Shown here one piece after another: positions 38,112 to 50,373 of a stretch of 64,000 nt of DNA (positions are counted from its first letter, which is position 1; every line of letters begins with the position of its first letter). The position numbers were made by a program, and so were the translations under genes. Origin of the DNA: Balanoglossus misakiensis (taxonomy: Eukaryota; Animalia; Hemichordata); NCBI GenBank assembly GCA_040954595.2, contig CM082577.2, positions 19,752,303 to 19,816,302 of the forward strand, read 5' to 3'. The notes below the pieces were generated by a model. The model worked only from the letters and a program-made list of their open reading frames with translations. It ran no database searches and was not told where the DNA came from.

Positions 38112-38267
38112 GTAATTACTGGTGAATCATAATCCGTGGCTTAATCTGAATCTGAAATCGACATAAATTCCGAAAACAATTACCGGTAATATGGCGGGAA
38201 AAAAGGCAGTCACGATCTCGCACTTGCCCAATCTGATTAAAATCAGATGTAGGGAACGGCGACGTGG

Positions 38268-39712
38268 TTTTTTAGGTCCCATTGGTATGTACCATGGGAC
38301 CTTATGGGATCGGTTGCGTCTGTATGTATGGATGGATGTATGGATGTATGTCTGTATGTCCGTCCACATCAAAAACTTGAAAACCGCTGCGTGTATCACC
38401 TTGATATTTGGTGTGCAGATGCAGGCTGGGCTGTGGATGGGAGTTTGTTCAAATGAAGGTGTCATCGCCAAAAATATGCAAATTAGCTGAGAAAATGTGA
38501 AATTGGTCAAAACTCAAAAACTCGACAACCACTGGTCATATTGATTTGAAAATTGGTATGCATGTACCTTATATGTAAACCTCATACAGTCCTGTCATGT
38601 TTTGAGCTAATATTATCGATTTCCTATTTTTTATGCATTTTTTTGTATTTTTCCATGTTATTGGTAAAAAGTCTTCATTTCTGAAAGTGATGGGCTTTGA
38701 AATGTAGTATGAAGCTTCCTAATGGTTGTCTGAGTAACCATAGTTTTGTTCAAATTGTTGGCTTGCAAAATTTGCATATTTTTAATTTTGAGCAATTTTT
38801 GCCATTTTTGGTCAAACATTTTTTTCTTTAAAACCGCATGCCAGATTGCTTTGCAATTTGGTAGGCATGTTCGTAGGGGTAACCTAAGTAATATGTTGTA
38901 ACAAAAATGTGATATTTGCATAAATGTGTTATCGGGGAAACTTTTGCAATTTTTGTCAAACATTTTTTTCTCTGAAACCGCTTGTCATATTGCATTGAAC
39001 TTTGGCAGCATGTTCCTTGTAGTGATTGTAGAAAGATATTGTACAATTTTGGTGATAGTTGCATATTTGTGTTTTTGCCACTTTTGAACAAATATTTTCT
39101 GTGAAACTGCTTGATGGATTGCTTTGAAATTTGTTTTTTCTCTGATTGCTCTGAAATTTAGGATATGATTTCATAACACATACATGTATCTGTGCAACTT
39201 TTATGCAATTCTGATATCAGAAATATTCAATATTTAGCGAGTTTTTTGTAAGTTTCATGGTTTTTAGTTAGCAAATCTTCCCCTAAACCATTTGTCCAGT
39301 TGTTTTTAAAGTTACTATTTCCAAGGAGTTGTTACCCCGAACTAAGACATGCTTACATAACTTTAAAGTTTAATAGGACGGCTGTTGCAGAGACCACCAG
39401 CTATCAAATTTTTAAGTACCAGTGGCAGGTCAGTGTGTGTCTGTCTGTGTGTCTGTTCCAGGGCTGACTGAAAGAAGTTGCTTCTCATACATGTATATGT
39501 TTGTACAGACAATTTTTGGTCAATTTTTTTTCTAGCATCACTTGTAAGACTGCCATGACACATGACAGTTTATTGGGCATGTTCCTTGTTAATTTTTTTA
39601 CATTCCATAAGATCATATCTGCTTGCAATGTCACCTGTAATTTTTATTCTGATGTGTCACTGTTTCCGCATAATCCTCAAATGGGACCACAGTGTCCTTG
39701 ACGCTATTTTTT
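38268..39712 (+). mobile_element. HINE family 1, long copy
   Basis: TTTTTAGGTCCCATTGGTATGTACCATGGGACC head, microsatellite, and AATGGGACCACAGTGTCCTTGACGC-TATTTT tail. Confidence 0.8.
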
Positions 39713-39981
39713 ATGCTGTCGCCTCACACTAGTGTAGGCGACAGCATAATTGGCTCTTGCCATATAATGTAGTAGGTCGTATTTTCTGCGGGGGTAATTT
39801 TGGGAACACTACATGTACACCTATTTGTAATCGTTATATTTAATTAGGGACCGTTCAGTGTTTACGGCCGGGGGGGTGGGGGGGGGGGGGGGTTGGCAAG
39901 TTTGTGTCATCGGTTTTCAAAATCAGACCGACCCCCCCTTCACCCAGGAGGAAAAAATCATGACCCCCCCCCCCCCCCCCC

Positions 39982-41168
39982 CAGGCCTCGAACTTTACTT
40001 TTTGGCTCACCTGCCCAATGGGCAGGTACACTAAACAATTTACCTGCCCAACAATTTTTTTACCTGCCCATGCCAAGTTCACACATTTTTCAGTGCAGAT
40101 CGTCATTTACATGTGACCTTCTGCCAAGGGCTCTAGTAACCGCTTTAAATTTAGTATTGAAATTTGGCCCCACACACATAAATGGCCCACCACAAATATA
40201 TTCTGTATTTTCCCCAGGATGACCAAATTCAGAATTTCAGTTTCAGATCTATCATTCTTAGAAAATGGTTACGGATTAGTTCAAAAACATCCTAAGACAT
40301 CTCAGATTTTGTATCCCGTGTTTTACTGCTATATTGCCATATTGGTGATGGAATTTATTGTGTATTATATCAAATCGCACCAGTGCAAGGTATGAGAAAT
40401 GCATTTTGAAAAAAAATCGGTTCACCAGTAGAAGTTATGAGAGAAATCTATTTTGAAAAAAAATATCAGCAGGATCAGCTGAAATGTTTTGATTTAACAA
40501 TTTTCCCTTTTCAAGTATGTAATGTCATGTGCTGACTATAGGTGTTCTGGCAAAATACATGAATTATTCACTGCTCTCTGGTCCATCTTGGATGTATTAC
40601 ACTCCTGGCAGTGTCCTTGTCTTTCCTTTCCTTTCCTTTCCCACTTTGATGGCACACTAAGTACAAACTTCCTTCTAAGTTTAAGTAAACCCAAACTTTA
40701 AGACTTATTTTTATTCTATCAGGCAAACTTCAGAAGAACAAAGCAGTAATTTATGCAAATATATCCGAGCTATATTTAGACACGCTTACGCAGTGAGCGC
40801 ATGGCCTAGGCTGGGCATGGGGTGGAAGGGGCCAGGTCGGGTTCACCAACGCGCGCGTACGTAGTCTTCTCCTAATTTACATATCAATCAATGAACTTTA
40901 ATCGCGTAACCCTGCCAGCGCGTTGACGGCCGATTCTTCGATAAAATAAGAAAAAACGGCATATAAAGACACAAAACTTTGTTTTTTTTCTTGAAATCTT
41001 TCTTTCTAAATAACTTTTACAATAGAATATTGATTCTGCAGTATGTTTTACTGATTTATTTGTGTATATTCACCGGCCCAATTGGGCCGACGAGACGTGA
41101 AAATAACCGGCCCACTGTAAATATTTACCGGCCCGGGGCCGGTGGGCCGGCGTTAAGTTCGAGGCCTG
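39982..41168. mobile_element. hAT-type non-autonomous element
   Basis: TIR CAGGCCTCGAACTT...AAGTTCGAGGCCTG, inserted in a poly-C run (the TSD is all C); GGCCC-rich subterminal motifs. Confidence 0.75.
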
Positions 41169-41489
41169 CCCCCCCCCCCCTTTGACAGACCCAAAAATAT
41201 GATGACCTACCCCCCCCCCCCACGCCGAAAACATTCACCGTCCTGATCCTATGTACACTGTATGCAATAAAGGGAATGAGGCTCCTCACACCTCAATTAT
41301 AAATTTCTTAAAGTAATTGAAGTATATAATAGTATATCGTTGCAATAAAGAAATCTATGAACAAATGAAGATGACAAGTCAATACAATAGTTGCTAGAAT
41401 TGGGAAAACAAGAAAAGTGGCGGGGGCGGACATAAGAAAATTTTGTAAAATACGGTGCTCAAAGTTGCATTTTAATGAACTCAAAAGCA

Positions 41490-44462
41490 AAATATAGCTG
41501 TGAACAGCAATAAACGGGTTTCGAGACACTACTAGCCCTATTGGTTCGCCTGGAAATAGATTTTTGCATATTTAATTACTGCATTAGTTCTTCTATCACT
41601 CCAAATGCCAAGGGTGTGTGCAGTGTTGCAGCCAGGAATTTTATAACAGGGGACACTGTGTCCCCGCACTATTTATTTTTGGGGACATTTTGCATATTTT
41701 GGGGGACAACATAAACCATGGATATACATGTATGTCCATGCATAAACGTTACACGTACACATACATATACAATGACATACCACATTATATAAATTTAATA
41801 AAAAATTAATATAAAAAAATCGGTCGATTTTTCATATTAATTTTTTTCGCTGAAAATGATTGATAAATGCTAGGCTAGCTGCACAGCAAATTTGGACTTC
41901 ATCGGCCCAACAGATTTTGAGATATGTTTGCATATTAATCCAAAATAATATGTGCCAGTGGTCATAGCTTGACTATGGAAAGTATAGGCCCATGGCTTGG
42001 TCGAAAAATATGAAAAATAATACTTAAAAATCTTATTCTCAAAATTGACATGGCCTATGGCTTTGATATTTGGCATGTAGAACCCTGGCCATATGGTCCG
42101 TAAAAGTTGCTTAAAGAATTTTGATATCTTCATGCATATAATGATATATGCAAATAAGGCCGATTTGAAAATTTTGCCCATATATGGTCATCAGGTCACG
42201 TGACTAATTAACATTCACGAGGGTACTGCACCAGCTCTCATTGGCCTGCACCATTGTGCCAAGTTTGAAATTGGTAGGTTTAGCCGTTTTCCAGATCTAG
42301 CTGACAAAAAAAACGACAGAAGAAGAAGAAAAAGAAAAACTCCAGTAAAAACAATAGGGCACAAGCCTGCTGGGCTTGTGCCCTAATTAAATAAAGAATT
42401 TTATAATATACCTCATGGCTAATACTGTGCCGTGATGAGCCAGAATCCGTCACGTGATAGGAAAATAGAATCGACTATGAACCGCTAGGGAAATAGCAGA
42501 AAAAATATAAACCGGTCACGTGACCAGCGTGAGTGCGCAGACTCGGTCACGTCAATCAGCGTCGCGTCGTCTGACACAATGGCCACCGCTGAAGATGTCG
42601 TCTGCCAACCTCAAGAGAAAATTGCAAGATTTTCCCAGCTGTTAGCATGAGGTTTATTATAAAACACCTATAACCTGGCCTATATTCGGGCCATAGCAGC
42701 CGTTTTTACCCCTCGTGGCTGTGAGTTACCAGAATCATATGCTATTCCCTCGGCCTGCGGCCTCGGGAAATAGCATATGATTCTGGTAACTCACAGCCCC
42801 TCGGGTGTAATAAACGGCCGCCATGGCCCTCATGGCCAGGCAATAGGTGTTCAATATAAAAATAATAATTTTAATAATAATAGGTCCGATTTCCACAAAA
42901 AATTCACCACAGGGGTATATTGGCTCAAAAAGAACAAAAATGATATCCGTTTTAGTGATCACATGCGTGCGTCTATGGCAACCATTTTGGGCTGAAATTA
43001 TGCTTTTTGTGCTAAGAGAGGGTATCACAAGTCAATTTAAATAATAATAGGTTGGATTTGAACACAAAATCGCACTGGCAGTATTTTTGGTCACAAAGAA
43101 AACATTTGGGGTTTATTTTCCGAATGCACATTTATAAGTTGGTGAAATTTGACTTTTCTTTCAAGACAGAGGAACTGCGCATGTGCAGAACAACTGGCAA
43201 TGCAGCCTGCCGATTTCCACAATTTAACTACAAAAAATCACAAGATACAATAGTATCGCTGGGGAATCCAATCAATCGATTGTTCATGCATATTTCCTGA
43301 CTGTCGACCAGTTTTAAAACATAAATCCATTGGTATTGCATAATCGTTTACCGTCTATTTGTTGTTGTATGGTTAGCGACACACTCTTAGAAGTACACAC
43401 TCTTTGAGTGTTGACGGCGAGTCTGTTAAATTTGGCAGTTCAGCGTGACTTCAACACTAAAAAGACAACTAGCAGAAAAGTCTGCAAACTTCTAAATTTC
43501 TGGAAATGTTTTATTTGGTATGGTTATGAAATAATTTTCATTTATGAACGATCAAATCTCAGTGACGCACGATACCTTCTGATGAATGCGAAGACCTGTC
43601 AGCTGACACGCAAATGCAGTCAAAACATAAAATTGAAAACGAAACCGCGAGATGCCTCGTGTGTCTGTCCTGTCACCTCGTCTGAGAAAACAATAAAATT
43701 CCCGAGAAATAATAACACGAAATCCAAAGTATCGTGATAACATTTCTTCATTTCTCCGATTTTATTTTGCTGCCGTGTAAACATTGCGTCCGTTTGACAC
43801 CAACACAAACGTAGCATAACTCAGAGGTCAATACTTCGATTAAAAACAATGATTTGAACACTAACCTTCCCCTGTTCCACGATATCTGCGGTTTCTATGG
43901 CGCTCAAATCTCACGATATGTGCAATTCTAAAGCCAAGTGGGGTATTATTCCTGTCGTTTTAGCCACGAAAACAGGGCAGACGACACAACGCGAAACAGC
44001 TCGTTCACACTCAGATGACATCGCGTGATTTCAGAGCGCGCGGAAACATACGAAAAATTGCTACAATGTTGTACGTAAATAAACTCGGTCTCCAACTCGC
44101 GTTGGGTTTCGAGCGAAGTTTTGTACCTCAGATCTGTCGTACACACGCTACCAGACTCACCGGGTAACAAGGTTTTAAATAGTGTTAACTATACCGTGGT
44201 TTTTTGTGAATATGTGGAAAATCTGCGTTGGAATGTCTGCATTTTTAGATTTAGGCCTATCTTCATGATACACTCACCTTGAAAAATGATGGCTTTAGCG
44301 CTCAAGAAACAGCAATGATTGTACAGAAAATCCATCCGTGCTTATTAAATTGATAAATTGTTTATATAATTCTTTAAACCCCCTAAACTGGTAATAATAA
44401 TAATAATAATAAACACGATTTCAAGAGGGTTTCGAGACCCCTCTGGTCTCGAAACCCTAATT
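41490..44462 (-). mobile_element. Composite HINE (family 2, key GGGTTTCGAGAC) with further nested pieces
   Basis: Head hairpin GGGTTTCGAGACCCCTCTGGTCTCGAAACCC (44427-44457); matching subTIR at 41516 beside hairpin GCTGTGAACAGC. It interrupts family B at GCAAA|TTAACTC. Confidence 0.65.
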
Positions 44463-45052
44463 AACTCAATGTTAGGGAGGACAAATTTTCATTTTGCCAC
44501 TCCACTAAAAGTAAGCATCGGGGTGGGGTGGCAAGAAGTCTGCCCTGGTACACAAACCAGCTACCCCCATGCAATATGGCGAAGAATGGAGGGGTGGGTG
44601 TGGGAGGGGGTGTCCCCCTCCCACACCAGGGTTTAAAGAGAAAATGGGTTGTAATAGAGCCCATCCCCTTTTTTACCACGGTATGCTAATTTTTGTAAAA
44701 TGTTATGCAAATGAGTATGCAAATTAGTCACCATGCTGCCCAACAATCGTGAGGACTGAGGAGAATACTTTGTCTCATTGTTAAAATGACACTTGTGTTT
44801 CATGCTTACTCTTAGCTTAGTCGTATTTATCCACTGACTCCCTGTATGCACACTTTCATTTACTTACTGTGAAAAGTGTTGACAAATTGTGAAGTGCGAG
44901 AGCAGCTGAAATTGTCAAAGCCTGCAAATTTCAATGTAGCAGGGGCACTTAAAGTGTAATGGGGCCAAGTGTAAGCATAGCTGGGCCACTGCACTAAAAT
45001 TGCCTGGGTCTGGGGAGAAGACTGATAATATCTTGAAATATTTTATTTCCAG

Positions 45053-45157
45053 CTGATGTCAATGGTTGATGATGTTTTGGCAGAAGTTAATAGACTCAAA
45101 TATGATGCCACACAGTGGAAACAACAAACTGATGACTTGAAGCAACAAATTGATGAA
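45053..45157 (+). CDS. QRICH2-like gene, exon 2
   Basis: Acceptor ttatttccag|, donor |gtaagt. 105 nt open frame LMSMVDDVLAEVNRLKYDATQWKQQTDDLKQQIDE with a heptad pattern, phase 0-0. Confidence 0.8.
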
Positions 45158-45379
45158 GTAAGTTGTTGTTCTCATCAATAATGTATATTATGTTTGCAGT
45201 TACTACTAGCAACAGTTTGTTACTAAATGAATGATTAGTGCAGTACTTTGTGAACATGTATGTTGTGTCAATCTGTAAATGTCACATATGCTGTACTGTT
45301 ATCAAATACAGTAGTGTGTAATTGTGATTGCCATATTATGATAATCACCTGTTTTCTTTTCTTTTTCTTTTACAAATAG

Positions 45380-45475
45380 CTGAATTCTCAGAACAAAAGT
45401 TTTCAAGACAGACTTAAAACCCTTGAAACTTCCACACCAAACAAAGACAGATTAGATGAACTTCAAAAGTTGATT
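45380..45475 (+). CDS. QRICH2-like gene, exon 3
   Basis: Long polypyrimidine tract then aaatag|, donor |gtgagt. 96 nt LNSQNKSFQDRLKTLETSTPNKDRLDELQKLI, phase 0-0. Confidence 0.75.
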
Positions 45476-45788
45476 GTGAGTATATTTAACATTATTGTTC
45501 TCCACAGGTTGGAAAACTAATGTTGCGCCTAATTTGCATAACATTTGCATAAATAATTAATCAACAGAAGTTTCTGCCAGGCAAGTCACTTTTCACATTT
45601 GACAAAAACTAAAACAATACAACAACTAAGACTTAAACATGACATGCTTTGAAAAGTTTTCATTTTTCCCCGCCAAAAGCTCACCTAGAGTACCTGTCTA
45701 TGCATTGCCTATTATGTCGGCTCTGAAAAATTTGCGAGAATGCCGGAATCTGCAACCTTTTTTCATGCCTGTGAACAGGGAGCCACTT

Positions 45789-46525
45789 CCTGTCCTGTCA
45801 GACCTGCAGCAGACCTGTCCTGTCAGACCTGCAGAAGACCTGTCCTGTCAGACGTGCAGCAGATCTGTCCTGACAGACCTGCACCAGGCCTGTCCTGTCG
45901 GACCTGCAACAGACCTGTCCTGTCAGACCTGCAGAAGACCTGTCCTGTCAGACGTGCAGCAGACCTGTCCTGACAGACCTGCACCAGGCCTGTCCTGTCA
46001 GACCTGCAGAAGACCTGTCCTGTCTGATCAGACGTGCAGCAGATCTGTCCTGACAGACCTGCACCAGGCCTGTCCTGTCGGACCTGCAACAGACCTGTCC
46101 TGTCAGACCTGCAGAAGACCTGTCCTGTCAGACGTGCAGCAGACCTGTCCTGACAGACCTGCACCAGGCCTGTCCTGTCAGACCTGCAGAAGACCTGTCC
46201 TGTCTGATCAGACGTGCAGCAGACCTGTCCTGTCAGACCTGCAGAAGACCTGTCCTGTCAGACGTGCAGCAGATCTGTCCTGACAGACCTGCACCAGGCC
46301 TGTCCTGTCGGACCTGCAACAGACCTGTCCTGTCAGACCTGCAGAAGACCTGTCCTGTCAGACGTGCAGCAGACCTGTCCTGACAGACCTGCACCAGGCC
46401 TGTCCTGTCAGACCTGCAGAAGACCTGTCCTGTCAGACCTGCAGCAGGCCTGTCCTGACAGACCTGCACCAGGCCTGTCCTGTCGGACCTGCAACAGACC
46501 TGTCCTGTCAGACCTGCAGAAGACC
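45789..46525 (+). repeat. 25-bp minisatellite, left array
   Basis: Unit AGACCTGTCCTGTCAGACCTGCAGA and variants, about 29 units. Confidence 0.95.
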
Positions 46526-48282
46526 CAGACGCTGTACAAACGCAACGCGCATGCGCGAGTTAACCCGGAAGCGTATGCAGCGTGATTCGAAAAGTTTTCT
46601 CTGCTGGAGCCAACTACTTGAGACTTCTGGCCGTAATCATGAGGAGAAACCAATAGTACAGAAATAGAGTTAAAGGAGTTAGATGAATTGTCGTTTCGGA
46701 CGCTTTAACTTGGTTAAGTATAAACGAAATGAGTGTTTACGGAATACATGAGAAGTTGGCCAGATTAGAAGTCGGCCAGTACGCGCGTATGAGAAGTCGG
46801 CCAGTACGAGAAGTCGGCCAGTTGTTGAACTTGCACCCGAATAGTGCAGAAATGACCCAGATTACTGATAACAACACTTAATAAAATATAATTGCACTAA
46901 ATATTTTCATTTGGACGGATTTCGCACATTCTTGACATCACAATGGCGTCATTTCAAATATTATGGCGTCTGGTTCCCCGGTCCCGTATCCGCGTAAAGG
47001 AGCTTAGGTTGTTCGCCAAATTCCTTCGACATTTCTGATTAAAGGGAGTTTCAAAGCCTACTAACATACATAGAAGATGTATGTGTATATTCATAGTTTC
47101 TGAGACATCACCAAACAGACAAACGCGACGAGGAACAGACTAGCGCAACGCAGTATATAATTAAGTGCAGGTGACTGATGTTGACGAACCCCGGTGACGT
47201 ACATGCGAAGTAAACAGGCGGTTTTAAAATTCGTCGGCTATTTGTACAAATATCTCAACTCCTGTACATCAAGGAAACATTTCGTAATGAAACCTGCATA
47301 AAAATTCCCCTTCCTCCACTGCAGCAAACAATGCATATCTACCATAGACTCGACGGCGCTCACCACATAAATCTTGGTATTGAGACCGTGTACGTGGTGA
47401 CAAAGCGCATATCATCGCCATCGTCAGGTTTGGCGTAGTACTGACTGGCTTACTTATGAGTGAATGATTTCAAATTTCCAACTTACAGTAAGTTTGTTTC
47501 TAAGGACGCCGTCATGGTTAGTTCAAAATTCGCGCCGCGCTATCGTTATGTTAATTAATTACATCAGTAAACGTGCGAATTTCGCGGCAAGACTGACTTC
47601 CGCATCAAAACACGATCCAAATCATTCTAGTTCTACGTCCATGGTGTTACAGAAACAACATTTTTTGTTATTTTGTATAGCTATTAGTAATTTAATGTTA
47701 TTAATAGCATTATCTGCTAATTTCACGTTCAGGTGGTTGCATCATCGGGGACGATAGCCTTGTGCAGTGTCTTGAATCTCGTCTCAGCAGTAATAACCGA
47801 GGGTAATAACCATGCCAAACTTTCGCTAAATAAGGCATGACCAACTTCGGAAGCTTGGAAACATACTCGGGCAAGCGAAGTTTTTTCCGGGCAAAAGTAT
47901 GGCTTTCAGTCTATTACTAAGCTTCAATTTGGAAAAGTTTTAGAACCAGCAACTTTAATTTGAAACCAGCAACTCCATAAAACTGGGGATACATCACTGA
48001 AAAAATGAAGGCTCCAAAACGGAGGGACAAATGTGCGTGATTTATTCCTTGCAGAAAATGACTCAAAATAAACTATAAAATGCATTTAGAATGTTGTTGT
48101 TCGTGTATATTAATCCCTGTGTAGTTTTTACTTCGGAAAGATCGACGGTTGAGTAACCCAAGCACCTCCATTTTTGTTGATGCGCTTAGGAATCAAAGTC
48201 TCGACCACCCCTCCATTGTTAATCGACGAACCATTGTCAAAGAATGCGCACAACTATGCGCAATGCATTTGTACAGCGTCTT
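46526..48282. mobile_element. 1.76-kb non-autonomous DNA transposon inserted in the minisatellite
   Basis: TIR CAGACGCTGTACAAA...TTTGTACAGCGTCT(T); 9-bp TSD CAGAAGACC (46517-46525, 48283-48291). Confidence 0.75.
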
Positions 48283-49366
48283 CAGAAGACCTGTCCTGTC
48301 AGACGTGCAGCAGACCTGTCCTGACAGACCTGCACCAGGCCTGTCCTGTCAGACCTGCAGAAGACCTGTCCTGTCAGACGTGCAGCAGACCTGTCCTGTC
48401 AGACGTGCAGCAGACCTGTCCTGACAGACCTGCACCAGGCCTGTCCTGTCAGACCTGCAGAAGACCTGTCCTGTCAGACGTGCAGCAGACCTGTCCTGAC
48501 AGACCTGCACCAGGCCTGTCCTGTCAGACCTGCAGAAGACCTGTCCTGTCAGACGTGCAGCAGACCTGTCCTGACAGACCTGCACCAGGCCTGTCCTGTC
48601 AGACCTGCAGAAGACCTGTCCTGTCAGACGTGCAGCAGACCTGTCCTGACAGACCTGCACCAGGCCTGTCCTGTCAGACCTGCAGAAGACCTGTCCTGTC
48701 AGACGTGCAGCAGACCTGTCCTGACAGACCTGCACCAGGCCTGTCCTGTCAGACCTGCACCAGGCCTGTCCTGTCAGACCTGCAGAAGACCTGTCCTGTC
48801 AGACGTGCAGCAGGCCTGTCCTGACAGACCTGCACCAGGCCTGTCCTGTCAGACCTGCAGAAGACCTGTCCTGTCAGACGTGCAGCAGGCCTGTCCTGAC
48901 AGACCTGCACCAGGCCTGTCCTGTCAGACCTGCAGAAGACCTGTCCTGTCAGACGTGCAGCAGACCTGTCCTGACAGACCTGCACCAGGCCTGTCCTGTC
49001 AGACCTGCAGAAGACCTGTCCTGTCAGACGTGCAGCAGACCTGTCCTGACAGACCTGCACCAGGCCTGTCCTGTCAGACCTGCAACAGACCTGTCCTGTC
49101 AGACCTGCAGAAGACCTGTCCTGTCAGACGTGCAGCAGACCTGTCCTGACAGACCTGCAGCAGACCTGTCCTGACAGACCTGCACCAGGCCTGTCCTGTC
49201 AGACCTGCACCAGGCCTGTCCTGTCAGACCTGCAGAAGACCTGTCCTGTCAGACCTGCAGCAGGCCTGTCCTGACAGACCTGCAGCAGGCCTGTCCTGTC
49301 AGACCTGCAGCAGGCCTGTCCTGTCAGACCTGCACCAGGCCTGTCCTGACGACCTGCACCAGGTCT
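48283..49366 (+). repeat. 25-bp minisatellite, right array
   Basis: Same unit, about 43 copies, mostly arranged as a 75-bp trimer. Confidence 0.95.
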
Positions 49367-49779
49367 GATCTGCCAACACCCCCCCCCCAAAAAAAAAAAA
49401 ACACAACCAAAAATTCCTTCTTCCACCCCCAGAAATCAAATGGTTCTCCCCTTGCCAAGTACTGCCACCACGACGCTGCAAGAAACATTGATCGCGACCT
49501 CCTTCCAAACTGGCTGCCTTAAATGGGCTTATTGAAAGATGTAAATCAGTTTTCAATGGTTAAAAACCATAAATCTTACTCCTACAGGAAAATTTAACAT
49601 ACGTCAGTTAACGTGCAAATGCTTAAATTCAGGTACTGTGTCAAACACTTTCAATATTTCAACAACAATGTGATAATAAAGCCCCATATTCTATATATAT
49701 GTTGTACAGATACAAGTAGTCTTCACAAGGTAATAGCAGAAGTAAGAGTTTGAGACAAAGTTTATTAATCACAACTCAG

Positions 49780-50373
49780 TTTTTAGGTCCCATTGGTATA
49801 TACCATGGGACCTTATGGGATCGGTTGAGTCTGTATGTATGTATGGATGGATGGATGTATGTCTGTATGTCCGTCCACATCAAAAACTTAAAAACCGCTG
49901 CGTGTATCACCTTGATATTTGGTGTGCAGATGCAGGCTGGGCTGTAGATGGGAGTTTGTTCAAAAGAAGGTGTCATCGCCAAAAATATGCAAATTAGCTG
50001 GTAAAATGTGAATTTGGTCAAAACTCAGTAACTCAAGAAGTTCTGGTCAGATTGCTTTGCAAAGTGGTGTGTATTTACTAAATATTGAGTTGTTTTAATT
50101 AGGCAGGAAGTTCCCGGTGTGATTGATTTACACAGCAAATTCCTGAATGATTACATAACTGGCTAAGTTTTAAAGAGGCCAGCTGTTCTATTTAGTGTAT
50201 GTACAACTTACATATGCCATTGGCAGCTTATGGGCCAGTCAGTGCTTGCCCATTGATCTCTCGCTATGTGTGTGTGTGTGTCTGTCTGTCTGTATATGGC
50301 CATGTACTCCGGTGTAGACTTTTTCTTGTGTAATAAATCAATGGGACCGCCGTGTCCTTGACGCGATTTTTTT
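49780..50373 (+). mobile_element. HINE family 1, short copy
   Basis: Reverse complement of 9897-10496; T-runs at both ends, no TSD. Confidence 0.85.

Larger units (their letters stand above)
39847..44630 (+). mobile_element. Harbinger-type MITE family B, split by nested insertions
   Basis: Left TIR at 39847; body resumes at 41169-41490 and again at 44461-44630, colinear with 6819-7944. Confidence 0.75.

Noticed and set aside
45789-49366. CRISPR-like regular repeats (also 26412-26775 and 28190-28550)
   Set aside because: Units are contiguous with no unique spacers, there are no cas genes, and the context is eukaryotic.
45639-49556. Long Cys/Pro/Gln-rich ORFs (up to 216 aa)
   Set aside because: They are translations of the 25-bp minisatellite, open on both strands and in several frames, with no supporting splice sites.
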